Shown: piece by piece, positions 9,416 to 18,972 of the stretch
How positions within the stretch are numbered: position 1 is the stretch's first letter
Layout: every line of letters begins with the position of its first letter
Assembly: GCA_963843575.1 (NCBI GenBank)
Contig: CAWJKZ010000021.1
Coordinates: forward strand, 192,001-256,000
Origin: an uncultured Acidobacteriota bacterium
GTDB lineage: Bacteria > Acidobacteriota > UBA6911
Direction of reading: 5' to 3'
Length of the DNA stretch: 64,000 nucleotides
Notes under the pieces: generated by a model
Database searches by the model: none
What the model was told of the DNA's origin: nothing
Seen by the model: only the letters and a program-made list of their open reading frames with translations
Made by a program: the position numbers and the translations under genes

Positions 9416-12010
9416 GTGAGGCTCACTTTTCGGAAGAAGGATCCTGAACCCGTTCACGCGCACCCCGAGCCTCCTTCGCGCCGCTTCTTCCGCTTCCGCG
9501 TCCCCGGCGGGCGCGAGATCCGCCTCTCCGGCACCGCGCTGGCCGCGTTTTTGATCGCGCTGCTGGCCGTGTTGTCCGTGTTGGGTGCGGGCACGTACCT
9601 CTACGTCCGCTTCGACAGGCTCATCGACGAGCTCCTTGCGGGCAACATCTACCAGAACACGTCGCGCGTCTTTGCCGCTCCCGGGAGAATTGCCGCGGGC
9701 GAGGTGCTCACGGCGGCTGAACTGGTTCACTATCTCCAGGGTGCCGGGTACGCAGACTCGCGGGATGGCGGCCCGCTCGGGCGCTACGCGTATGTCGGGG
9801 GTGCGCTGGAGATTCGACCGGGGAGCGGCTCGTGGTTCGCGGGGAAGAACGGCATCCGGGTCGAGTTCGCCGGCCGCCGTATCTCGCGCATCTCCAGCCT
9901 CGTTAATGGCGCCCGGCTCAACGCCGCCGAAATCGAGCCCGAGATGATCACGAGCCTTTTCGACGTGGCGCGCGAGAAGCGGCGACTCGTCCGGTTCGAA
10001 GATCTCCCGGCGGCGCTGGTCGACGCGGTCCTGTCGACGGAAGACCGCCGCTTCTTCAATCACCCCGGCCTGGACTTCTTCCGGGTGCTCGGGGCCGCCT
10101 GGGTGGATCTGCGCCGCGGCGAGAAAGCGCAGGGCGCCAGCACGATCACGATGCAGGTCGCGCGCAGCTTCTTTTTCACTTCGCGCCGGGAATGGGGCCG
10201 CAAGCTGCGCGAGACCGTCATGGCCCTGCTGCTGGAGCAACGCTTCAACAAGAAGCAGATCTTCGAGCTGTACGCCAACCAGATCTACCTGGGGAACCGC
10301 GCCAGCTTCGCAATCCGCGGTTTCGGCGAGGCGGCGATGGCCTATTTCGGAAAGGACGTCCAGCGGCTGGATTTGGCAGAATGCGCCTTCCTGGCCGGTA
10401 TCATCAGGGCGCCCAACCGATACTCGTCGGCCGAACGCAGGCCGGAACGGGCCGCCGAGGCTCGCGACCGGGTGCTCGCCCGGATGGAGGAGAACGGCAA
10501 GCTGCGGCCCGGAGACGCCAAGGTGGCTCGCAGGGCTCCGCTGCGCATTGTCACGAGCGCCACGGTCGGCAACTCGGCCGGGTATTTCGTGGATTTGGTG
10601 AAAGACGACCTCCTGGACCGCTATTCGGAGAACGAACTCATCTCCGAAAGCTACCGGATCTACACGACCTTCGACTACGACCTTCAGCGCGTGGCGGCGC
10701 AAGCCGTGGAGTGGGGGATGAAAAACGTCGATGCGCAGCTCGCGCGCAAGTACGACGCGTGGCGCCGGCAAGGGGCGGACGTTCCCGCGGCTCAGGTGGC
10801 GCTGGTCGTGATCGACCCGTCGACCGGGGAAGTCCGAGCCCTGGTCGGGGGCCGCGACTACGCCCGCAGCCAGCTCGACCGCGCCCTCGCGAAACGTCAG
10901 CCGGGCTCCGTGTTCAAGCCGTTTGTCTATGCTGCGGCCTTCGAGAGCGCCATCGACGGCCTTACCCCGCTGTTCACGCCGGCGAGCACCGTGGTAGACG
11001 AGCCGACGACCTTCGACTTCAAAGGGACCCCGTATGCGCCCGACAACTTCGGGGAGGAGTTCCGCGGGACGGTCAGCCTCCGCGACGCGCTGACGTATTC
11101 CCTCAACGTCGCCACGGTCAAGGTTGCGGAGGCGGTCGGGTACAGGCGCGTGGTCGGTGTGGCGAGGCGGCTCGGGCTTCCCCCGGACCTGCAGCCCACC
11201 CCCGCCGTAGCGCTCGGCGCCTATGAGATGACGCCGCTCGAGGTCGCGGCGGGCTACACCGTGTTCGCCAACGAGGGGACGCGCTGCGAACCGGTCTTCA
11301 TCCGCACGGTGCTCGGACGGGACGGCGTCGCGCTCGAACAGGAGGGGTTGCACCGCAAGGCGGTGCTCGACGGCCGGGTGGCCTACCTGGTCACCAGCAT
11401 CCTGGAGGACGTTGTCGACCGGGGCACGGGGGCCGGGGTCCGGGCCCGGGGCTTCCGGGCTCCAGCCGCCGGCAAAACCGGGACGTCTCGCGATGGCTGG
11501 TTTGCCGGGTACACCTCCAACCTCCTGTGCGTCGTCTGGGTCGGTTTCGACGACAACCGGGAGCTCGGTCTTACCGGGTCGGTTTCCGCTGCGCCCATCT
11601 GGGCCGAGTTCATGCGCCGCGCGACGGCGCTCCCGCGCTACCGCAACACCCAGCCATTCACCCGGCCGGACGGCGTCGTGTTCGAAACCATCGACCCTGA
11701 GTCGCAGGAACTCGCGACCGCGGCCTGCCCCTCCGTCCGCCAGGAAGTTTTCATCGCCGGCACCGAGCCGACCGAAACGTGCCCGCTGCACCCGGAGGAG
11801 TCGCCGGAAAACATCCCCCCGATCTCGTGGTTGTCTAAAATCCTGGGGCGCGGCCACGAGGATGCTGCGCGGGAGCAGGCCGCGCAACCCGAGAAGCCCA
11901 AGGCCGAAAAAAGAAAGAGAGGATTCTTCAAGCGACTCTTCGGCATCGGCAACGACCGCGAGGAGGGCCCTCCCGCAGAAAAGGGCGGGGCGCAAGCGGG
12001 GCCCGGATGA
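9416..12010 (+). CDS. Class A penicillin-binding protein (PBP1B-like transglycosylase/transpeptidase)
   Basis: EDRRFFNH, QGASTITMQ, RKLRE, YANQIYLG; SVFK, SLN, KTG. Confidence 0.95.
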   Translation: MRLTFRKKDPEPVHAHPEPPSRRFFRFRVPGGREIRLSGTALAAFLIALLAVLSVLGAGTYLYVRFDRLIDELLAGNIYQNTSRVFAAPGRIAAGEVLTAAELVHYLQGAGYADSRDGGPLGRYAYVGGALEIRPGSGSWFAGKNGIRVEFAGRRISRISSLVNGARLNAAEIEPEMITSLFDVAREKRRLVRFEDLPAALVDAVLSTEDRRFFNHPGLDFFRVLGAAWVDLRRGEKAQGASTITMQVARSFFFTSRREWGRKLRETVMALLLEQRFNKKQIFELYANQIYLGNRASFAIRGFGEAAMAYFGKDVQRLDLAECAFLAGIIRAPNRYSSAERRPERAAEARDRVLARMEENGKLRPGDAKVARRAPLRIVTSATVGNSAGYFVDLVKDDLLDRYSENELISESYRIYTTFDYDLQRVAAQAVEWGMKNVDAQLARKYDAWRRQGADVPAAQVALVVIDPSTGEVRALVGGRDYARSQLDRALAKRQPGSVFKPFVYAAAFESAIDGLTPLFTPASTVVDEPTTFDFKGTPYAPDNFGEEFRGTVSLRDALTYSLNVATVKVAEAVGYRRVVGVARRLGLPPDLQPTPAVALGAYEMTPLEVAAGYTVFANEGTRCEPVFIRTVLGRDGVALEQEGLHRKAVLDGRVAYLVTSILEDVVDRGTGAGVRARGFRAPAAGKTGTSRDGWFAGYTSNLLCVVWVGFDDNRELGLTGSVSAAPIWAEFMRRATALPRYRNTQPFTRPDGVVFETIDPESQELATAACPSVRQEVFIAGTEPTETCPLHPEESPENIPPISWLSKILGRGHEDAAREQAAQPEKPKAEKRKRGFFKRLFGIGNDREEGPPAEKGGAQAGPG

Positions 12011-12045
12011 ACTCAAATCCACACGTGTCGCGTGGTGGACCCGTT

Positions 12046-12130
12046 TGGAGTGCGACGCCTCGGCGGCCTCGGCGCCGCTTTCCTCATGGTTCCACGGCCG
12101 GAATGCCCGGCGCCTCGGCGCCGCACCCCA
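12046..12130 (+). repeat. REP-like intergenic repeat family A, copy 1
   Basis: tggagtgc..gcctcggcggcctcggcgccgctttc..cggcgcctcggcgcc; close copies at 14571 and 63882. Confidence 0.8.
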
Positions 12131-12145
12131 GACTGTGGGTGGCTG

Positions 12146-14530
12146 CTACTTGCGCATTTCGACCACCGTGGCGCCGCCGCCCCCTTTTTCGGGTGCGGCA
12201 AGGGCGAAACGCTCGACCTGGGGATGGCCTTTGAGCAGCTGCGCGATCGCTCGGCGCAGGATCCCCTTGCCATGGCCGTGGATGATGCGGACAGTGTCCG
12301 CCCCGGCGACAAACGCCTCGTCGAGAAACTTGTCGACCCGGTCGGTCGCCTCGTCGGCCGTCATGCCGATGACGTTGGCCTCGCGCTCAAACTCCTCGTC
12401 GATGTTGACGTCGGGCCCCGAGGCGTGAAATCCGGGGCGCGGCGCTGCGGTGCCGGCCGCCGGTTGAAGCGGGACGATTTCTTCCGGCCTGAGGCGGAAT
12501 TTCAACGAACCCACCAGTACGGTGCAGGTGTCGTCCTGCGTCGAATCGACCACCCCTTCCTTGCCGAGCGACGGAATCCGCACCCGGGTCCCCTCGCGGA
12601 GGTCCGCGACGTGAAAGGTGGGCGCCGCGGGCACGCCCGCGCCGGTGTCGGCGCCGGGCCCCTGTTTCAGCCGCTCTGCGGTGCGGCGCAGTTCGGCTGA
12701 GCGGCTGGCTGCGGCCTTGCTGAGGCGCTGGGCTTCGACCCGGTCCTTCAGGTCGCGGACGAGACGCTCGCTTTGCGCGGTGAAGCCGGCGATCACGCGG
12801 GCGAGTTCCTGCTCGAATTCGCGGTGCCTTTCGGCCTCGCGGCGGGCGAACTCCAGATCGAGCCGGGCGTATTCCCGCGCCGCCGCCTCACGCTCCTGCT
12901 CCAGGGCGGCGCGCAACTGTTCCTGGTCGTCGACGGAGGCCTTCAGCTTCCTGAGGTAGGCGCCGGCCTCGGTGTGCGCGGGATCGATACGGGCCTTGGC
13001 CTCGTCGAGGATGACCGGCGGGATGTTCATGCGGCGGGCGATCTCGAGCCCTGCCGATGCGCCGGCCACCCCGACCATCAGCCTGTAGGTCGGCCGCAGC
13101 GTGCGCTCGTCGAACTCCACCGACGCGTTCAGCACGCCCTCGGCCTGCGCCGCCCAGATTTTGAGACCCGAGTAGTGGGTGGTGGCGACCGTGGTGGCCC
13201 CGGCACGGCGGAAGAAATCGACGATGGCCACGGCCAGCGCCGCCCCCTCGTCCGGGTCGGTCCCGGTCCCGACCTCGTCCAGCAGCAGCAGCGCCGGCGG
13301 GGCGACGCGCTCGGCCATGTCGGCGATGTTGCGCATGTGCGCCGTGAAGGTCGACAGGTTGGCCGCGATCGACTGCTGGTCGCCGATGTCGGCAAACACC
13401 TGGTCGAAAACCGGGAGCACCGCCTCGCAGGCGGGCACGTGCAGACCCATTTGCGCCATCAGGACGGCAAGCCCCACCGTCTTGAGCACCACGGTCTTTC
13501 CCCCGGCATTCGGCCCGCTGATGACGACGACCTGGTGTGACTCGTCGAGGTCCAGCGTGATGGGGACCGCGGTCGCCCCGGAGACCCGCAGGGCGCGCTC
13601 GAGCAGAACATGGCGGACATCGGCGAGGCGCAGCGCCGTGCCTTGGGCCAGCCGCGGCCGCACGCAGCGGAACTCGGCGGAAAGTCTCCCTTTTGCCTGG
13701 GAGAAGTCCACCAGCGCGACGGCGTCCCGGACAGCGGCAATCTCGGCGGCGTGCAGCCGGAGGGCCTCGCTGATGGAGAAGAGAATGCGGGCAATCTCCG
13801 CCTCCTCCTGCTCGCGCAGCCGCACGAGCTCGTTGTTCTGCTCGATGGCCGCAAGGGGTTCGACGAAAGTCGTCTGCCCGCTGGAAGACAGGCCGTGCAC
13901 CACACCCGGGACCTGGTGGCGCGCGTCGGTGCGGATCGGGATGACGAAGCGGCCGTTACGAAACGTGACGAGATCGTCCTGGACTGCCCGCGTCTGCGCC
14001 TTGAGGATGGAGTCCAGGCTTCGAAAGATGCGCGTGCGGGCTTCCCCGAGCTCGCGCCGTATCGCCCTGAGCTCGGGGCTCGCGTTCTCGTCGATCTCTC
14101 CCCCGGGAAGGATCTTTCCCCGGATCGAGCCGAGCAGCCGCCGCAGATCGGGGATGCTGCCGGAGAGACGGGACAGCTCGGGGTAGAGTTCGAGCGCCTC
14201 GGCGCCCCGGAACTGCTCGCGCAGGCCGAGCCCGACCGAGACCAGCCGCTCCAGCTGGAGTATCTGCAGCGGTTCGAGGCTCGTGCCTTCGATCTGCAGC
14301 TTGGCCAGGGCCGCTTCCGGGTCCTCGATGCCGGCGAACCCGAATCGTTCGCCGGAGTTCAGGTAGCGCGCGCACTCGGTGGTGAGCTCCTGCCCCAGCT
14401 CGATTTCAGCCCGATCGGACGACGGCCGCTGCGCCGCGACGAGCCGGCGGCCGAGCGGCGTCTGGGCGTGCCCGGCCAGCAAATCGAGGAGAGAGTGCAG
14501 CTCGAGCGTGGAAAAGGTGCGTTGGTCCAT
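12146..14530 (-). CDS. mutS2: MutS2 with C-terminal Smr domain
   Basis: ISGPNAGGKT, ADIGDQQSI..LSTF, LLDEVGTGTDP, TTHY, IIHGHGKGILR, GGGGAT. Confidence 0.96.
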   Translation of the reverse strand: MDQRTFSTLELHSLLDLLAGHAQTPLGRRLVAAQRPSSDRAEIELGQELTTECARYLNSGERFGFAGIEDPEAALAKLQIEGTSLEPLQILQLERLVSVGLGLREQFRGAEALELYPELSRLSGSIPDLRRLLGSIRGKILPGGEIDENASPELRAIRRELGEARTRIFRSLDSILKAQTRAVQDDLVTFRNGRFVIPIRTDARHQVPGVVHGLSSSGQTTFVEPLAAIEQNNELVRLREQEEAEIARILFSISEALRLHAAEIAAVRDAVALVDFSQAKGRLSAEFRCVRPRLAQGTALRLADVRHVLLERALRVSGATAVPITLDLDESHQVVVISGPNAGGKTVVLKTVGLAVLMAQMGLHVPACEAVLPVFDQVFADIGDQQSIAANLSTFTAHMRNIADMAERVAPPALLLLDEVGTGTDPDEGAALAVAIVDFFRRAGATTVATTHYSGLKIWAAQAEGVLNASVEFDERTLRPTYRLMVGVAGASAGLEIARRMNIPPVILDEAKARIDPAHTEAGAYLRKLKASVDDQEQLRAALEQEREAAAREYARLDLEFARREAERHREFEQELARVIAGFTAQSERLVRDLKDRVEAQRLSKAAASRSAELRRTAERLKQGPGADTGAGVPAAPTFHVADLREGTRVRIPSLGKEGVVDSTQDDTCTVLVGSLKFRLRPEEIVPLQPAAGTAAPRPGFHASGPDVNIDEEFEREANVIGMTADEATDRVDKFLDEAFVAGADTVRIIHGHGKGILRRAIAQLLKGHPQVERFALAAPEKGGGGATVVEMRK

Positions 14531-14570
14531 GCGGAACCTTACTTAGAAACGGGGCGGGCGGTCAAGTGTG

Positions 14571-14654
14571 TGGAGTGCAGCGCCTCGGCGGCCTCGGCGC
14601 CGCTTTCTCGGTGCGTCCTACGGCCGAATTACCCGGCGCCTCGGCGCCACACCG
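14571..14654 (+). repeat. REP-like intergenic repeat family A, copy 2
   Basis: Same core and orientation as 12046-12130. Confidence 0.8.
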
Positions 14655-14774
14655 AACCTCGCCGTGCCCTTACTGCTCGACGCGCGGCGCCGTCGAGCCG
14701 CCGCGCTCCTGGCCTGCCTTGCTCCTTGTGCAAGAAAGCGTTAGTCTGTGACAACAAAGTGTGGAGCCGCCGAT

Positions 14775-16148
14775 ATGCCTGCGAGCAGGAAAATCGTGAT
14801 CATGGGGGCCGCGGGGAGGGATTTTCACAACTTCAACCTCTGTTTCCGCAATAACCCGGCGTACCGTGTCGAAGCATTCACCGCTTTTCAGATCCCGAAC
14901 ATCTCGGGCCGCACCTATCCGCCGGGACTCGCCGGCGAGGGGTATCCGGAGGGGATCCCGATCTATCCCGAAGCCGATCTCCCGGGGCTGATCCGGGACA
15001 AGGGGATCCAGGAGGTGGTCTTCGCCTACAGCGACGTCTCGTACGCCGACCTCATGCACAAGGCGTCGCTGGTCAACGCCGCCGGCGCGGATTTCCGGCT
15101 CTTGGGCGCGGCGGGCACGATGCTCCGGGCGGGGAAGCCGGTGGTGGCGGTCTGCGCCGTCCGGACGGGATGCGGGAAGAGCCAGACGTCGCGGCGCGTT
15201 GCGGAGCTGCTGCGTGGACGCGGCAAATCGGTGGTGGTCGTGCGCCACCCCATGCCGTACGGCGACCTGAACGCGCAACGCTGCCAGCGTTACGAGGCGC
15301 TCGCGGACCTGGACCGGCACCGCTGCACGATCGAGGAGCGCGAAGAATACGAGTCCCACATCCTGCAGGGAAACATCCTCTACGCGGGGGTGGACTACGA
15401 GGAAATCCTGCGCAGCGCCGAAAAGGAGGCCGACATCATTCTCTGGGACGGCGGCAACAACGACCTGCCGTTCTTCCGCCCGGACCTGCACATCGTGCTG
15501 GTGGACCCGCACCGACCCGGTCACGAGCTGCGCTACTACCCGGGGGAGACCAACCTGCGGATGGCGGATGTGGTGATCGTGAGCAAGTCGGGGAGCGCGA
15601 CGGCGGCGGGTGTGGAGGAGGTGACCGCGAACGCTAGAGGCGCGAACCCGCGGGCCCTGTTGATCCGCGCCGACTCGATCCTGCACGTCCAGGACGAGAC
15701 GGCTATTCGCGGCAGGCGAGTGCTGGTGGTCGAGGACGGCCCGACCCTGACGCACGGCGAGATGACTTACGGCGCGGCGCACCTGGCGGCGCGGCAGTTC
15801 GGAGCGGCCGAGATCGTTGACCCGCGGCCCTACGCGGTGCGCTCGATGCGTGAGACCTTCGCTCGGTATCCCCACCTGGTCGACGTGCTCCCGGCCATGG
15901 GATATGGCGACGAGCAGGTCCGGGACCTCCAGGAGTCCATCGACGCCGTCCCGTGCGACCTCGTGCTGGTCGGCACCCCGCTCGACCTGGGGCGGCTGAT
16001 CGAGACCCGACATCCGATGCTGCGCGTGACCTACAGCCTCGACGCGGTTGCGTCGGAAGCGCTGGACCGGGTGCTGGGACAGTTCCTATCCAGTCCGTTG
16101 GAGACAAGAGGCGACCATGCGGAAAAAGGACTTTCTCTCCATCCGTGA
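14775..16148 (+). CDS. arcE: P-loop protein of the cyclic 2,3-diphosphoglycerate synthetase/'GTPase' family; probable arginine synthetase (ArcE-like)
   Basis: IMGAAGRDFHNFN, AVRTGCGKSQTSR, RHPMPYG, CTIEEREEYE, WDGGNND, VVEDGPTLTHG, LPAMGY; first gene before OTCase and carbamate kinase. Confidence 0.75.
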   Translation: MPASRKIVIMGAAGRDFHNFNLCFRNNPAYRVEAFTAFQIPNISGRTYPPGLAGEGYPEGIPIYPEADLPGLIRDKGIQEVVFAYSDVSYADLMHKASLVNAAGADFRLLGAAGTMLRAGKPVVAVCAVRTGCGKSQTSRRVAELLRGRGKSVVVVRHPMPYGDLNAQRCQRYEALADLDRHRCTIEEREEYESHILQGNILYAGVDYEEILRSAEKEADIILWDGGNNDLPFFRPDLHIVLVDPHRPGHELRYYPGETNLRMADVVIVSKSGSATAAGVEEVTANARGANPRALLIRADSILHVQDETAIRGRRVLVVEDGPTLTHGEMTYGAAHLAARQFGAAEIVDPRPYAVRSMRETFARYPHLVDVLPAMGYGDEQVRDLQESIDAVPCDLVLVGTPLDLGRLIETRHPMLRVTYSLDAVASEALDRVLGQFLSSPLETRGDHAEKGLSLHP

Positions 16149-17034
16149 TCAGTCCACGGACGAGCTGCGCGACACGCTCATCAACGCCTTTGCGGTCAAA
16201 TCGGATCCGCTGAAGTACTCGGATGCGCTCAGGGGGAAGGCTCTGGCCATGATTTTCGAGAAGCCTTCCCTGCGGACTCGGGTGACCTTCGATGTCGGCA
16301 TACACCAGTTGGGCGGCTTTTCCGTCTACCTCTCGCCCGGCGAGATCAACCTGGGCAAGCGCGAACCGGTGGGCGACGTGGCCCGCAACCTCGAGCGCAT
16401 GGTGCAGGGGATCATGATCCGCACGTTCAGCCACCGGATCGTGGAGGAAATGGCGGCGTGCGCGTCGGTCCCTGTGATCAACGGCCTCACCGACTTCAGC
16501 CACCCCTGCCAGGCGGTGGCCGACTACATGACCATGATCGAGTGCAAGGGGGAACTGAGCGGCCTGAAGCTGGCCTATCTCGGGGACGGCAACAACGTGG
16601 CCAACTCGCTGATGTTCGGCGCTGCCCTGCTGGGTGTGCACATCGTCGTCGCCGCCCCGCGCGGCTACGAGCCGAGGACAGAGGTGCTCGAGTGGGCGCG
16701 CGCGCACGCACCGGCCTCGGGGAGCAGGATCGAGGTCACGGACGATCCCGAACAAGCCGCCGCCGGCGCCGACGTGCTCTACACGGACGTCTGGGCGAGC
16801 ATGGGCCAGGAGGACGAGGCGGCGGAGCGGCGGCGGAGCTTTCAGCCATACCAGGTCTCCGAGCGCCTGTTCGAGCTGGCCAGGCCCGACGCGATCTTCA
16901 TGCACTGCCTCCCCGCTCATCGGGACGAAGAAGTCAGCGCGGGGGTGATCGACTCGCCCCGATCCGTCGTCTTCCAGCAGGCGGAAAACCGGCTCCACGC
17001 GCAGAAGGCGATCATGCTGGGCGTCATGGGTTGA
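16117..17034 (+). CDS. argF: Ornithine carbamoyltransferase
   Basis: FEKPSLRT, HPCQ, GDGNN, DVWASMG, FMHCLP, AENRLH. Confidence 0.95.
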   Translation: MRKKDFLSIRDQSTDELRDTLINAFAVKSDPLKYSDALRGKALAMIFEKPSLRTRVTFDVGIHQLGGFSVYLSPGEINLGKREPVGDVARNLERMVQGIMIRTFSHRIVEEMAACASVPVINGLTDFSHPCQAVADYMTMIECKGELSGLKLAYLGDGNNVANSLMFGAALLGVHIVVAAPRGYEPRTEVLEWARAHAPASGSRIEVTDDPEQAAAGADVLYTDVWASMGQEDEAAERRRSFQPYQVSERLFELARPDAIFMHCLPAHRDEEVSAGVIDSPRSVVFQQAENRLHAQKAIMLGVMG

Positions 17035-17043
17035 GGTGAATCC

Positions 17044-18006
17044 GTGGCTAGATCCGCGCTGGTCGCAGTAGGCGGAAATTCGCTCGTCCGTGCGGGAGAG
17101 CAGGGGGCGGTCCGTGAGCAGGTTGCCAACGCGCGCCGCATCAGCCGTGCGATCGCCGCGCTCCTGCGGGAAGGGCTCGACGTGGTCGTCACGCACGGCA
17201 ACGGGCCGCAGGTGGGGGCCGCACTGCTCCGCTCGGAAAGAGCCTCCGGCCAGGTGTACGAACAGGGCCTCGACGTGTGCGTCGCCGCCACCCAGGGCGA
17301 GATAGGCTACATCCTTCAGCAGGCGCTCGGGTACGAAATCCGCCGCCAGGGGATCGACAGGCCGGTGACCACCATCCTGACCCAGGTCGTGGTGGGCGTG
17401 GACGACCCCGCCTTCCTGCACCCCACGAAACCCGTCGGGCCCTTTTACTCGCGCACCGCGGCCGAGGAAAAGGCGCGCCGGCTGGGGTGGATCATGGTCG
17501 AGGACGCCGCCCGGGGCTACCGGCGCGTGGTCCCCTCGCCGCGCCCCCTGGAGATCGTCGAAGAGGACGTGATCCGCAGGATGCTCTCAATGGGGATGCT
17601 GGTGATCGCGCTGGGCGGGGGAGGTATCCCGGTGGTGCGCGAAGAGGGCGCGCTCCGCGGGGTCGACGCCGTGATCGACAAGGACCGTGCCTCCCTGCTG
17701 CTCGGCTCGCGCCTGCCGGTCGATCTCCTCGTCTTCGCCACCGACGCCGACCGCGTCTACCTCGACTACCGGAAGCCCGGCCAGCGGCCGCTGACCCGCG
17801 TGTTTGCGCGGCAGATGCGCGCCTACCTGGCCGCCGGCCAGTTCCCGCCCGGGAACATGGGGCCCAAGATCGAAGCGGCGCTCGAATTCCTGGCGCTCGG
17901 GGGGAAGGAAGCCATCGTCGCCTCCCACGAGCACCTCGTGGCCGCCGTCCACGGCGAGGCCGGCACCCGGATCCTGCCCGACAACTCCGAGGAGCGCAAT
18001 CCATGA
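17044..18006 (+). CDS. arcC: Carbamate kinase
   Basis: VAVGGNSL, THGNGPQVG, PTKPVGPFY, RRVVPSPRP, GGGGIPV, VIDKD, MGPKI. Confidence 0.96.
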   Translation: MARSALVAVGGNSLVRAGEQGAVREQVANARRISRAIAALLREGLDVVVTHGNGPQVGAALLRSERASGQVYEQGLDVCVAATQGEIGYILQQALGYEIRRQGIDRPVTTILTQVVVGVDDPAFLHPTKPVGPFYSRTAAEEKARRLGWIMVEDAARGYRRVVPSPRPLEIVEEDVIRRMLSMGMLVIALGGGGIPVVREEGALRGVDAVIDKDRASLLLGSRLPVDLLVFATDADRVYLDYRKPGQRPLTRVFARQMRAYLAAGQFPPGNMGPKIEAALEFLALGGKEAIVASHEHLVAAVHGEAGTRILPDNSEERNP

Positions 18007-18917
18007 AGCTCCGTCACGTCATTCAGTCTCAACAGTTCACCGTACCCCTCCTGATGGAGCTCTTCGACCGCACCCGCGCCATGGAGCGCGTCGTGCGCCG
18101 GGGCGGGACGCAGGATTACCAGAACAAAATCATGGCGACCCTGTTCTACCAACCCTCGACGCGCACGCGCTTCTCGTTCGAAGCCGCGATGTACCGCCTG
18201 GGGGGAAAAGTGTTTTCCACCGAGCAGGCCCGCTACTTCTCCTCGGAGGTCGAGGGAGAGCAGCTGGAAGACACGATCCGCACGATCTCCGGCTACTCCG
18301 ATGTCATCGTGATCCGCCACTCTGAGGTGGGGGGAGCGGCGCGCGCGGCGGCTGTGTCACGGGTGCCGGTGATCAACGCCGGCGACGCCAACGGCGGGCA
18401 GCACCCCACGCAGGCCCTGCTGGACCTTTACACGATATTCCGCGAACGCCGCACGCTCGACGGACTCAGCATCGCCATCATCGGGGACCTCGAACGCGGC
18501 CGCACCGCCCGCTCCCTGGCCTACCTGTTGAGCAAATTCGACCGAGTGAAGATCTGGTTCGTAAGCCCGCCCGAGCTTCAGATGGCGCGCGACATCCTGG
18601 ACTACCTCGAGGAAAACGACGTGTGGTACGGGCTCGAACCCGACATGGACCGCGTGCTCGGGCACGTCGACGTCGTCTACCTGACCCAGATCCGCCCGGC
18701 CCGCCTCAAGGAGCAGCAGGGGGCGCTCAAGTACACGATCGATGCCTCGGTACTTCGTTGTCTGCGGCCCGACGCCCTGATCCTGCACCCCCTCCCGCGG
18801 ACCGCGGAACTGGACAAGGCTGTCGACGAAGACCCCCGCGCGTGCTACTTCCGGCAGGCGGCCAACGGCCTGTTCGTGCGGATGGCGCTGCTGACAATGG
18901 TGCTCGAGGACGCCTGA
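18003..18917 (+). CDS. Aspartate carbamoyltransferase-like protein (plant-type), with substituted Asp-binding residues
   Basis: [24 protein letters not shown] and HPLPR are present, but KGE is EGE and TRIQ is TQIR; ATGA overlap with arcC. Confidence 0.85.
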   Translation: MKLRHVIQSQQFTVPLLMELFDRTRAMERVVRRGGTQDYQNKIMATLFYQPSTRTRFSFEAAMYRLGGKVFSTEQARYFSSEVEGEQLEDTIRTISGYSDVIVIRHSEVGGAARAAAVSRVPVINAGDANGGQHPTQALLDLYTIFRERRTLDGLSIAIIGDLERGRTARSLAYLLSKFDRVKIWFVSPPELQMARDILDYLEENDVWYGLEPDMDRVLGHVDVVYLTQIRPARLKEQQGALKYTIDASVLRCLRPDALILHPLPRTAELDKAVDEDPRACYFRQAANGLFVRMALLTMVLEDA

Positions 18918-18972
18918 GGCTTCCGGCCAACGGCCCCCTCCCAGCGCACCCGGTGTTGGAGAGGAGAATGCC

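Noticed and set aside
9404-12022. 872-aa antisense ORF (similarly 29178-31943, 61605-63557, 15703-17421 and others)
   Set aside because: Shadow ORFs opposite well-supported genes; expected from high-GC codon bias; no motifs.
14775-16148. True cyclic 2,3-diphosphoglycerate synthetase
   Set aside because: No 2-phosphoglycerate kinase nearby; the OTCase/carbamate kinase context favours an arginine role.
17277-18917. 546-aa ORF as an extended ATCase
   Set aside because: The N-terminal part is an alternate frame of arcC; the real start is the ATG at 18003, with GAGGAG upstream.
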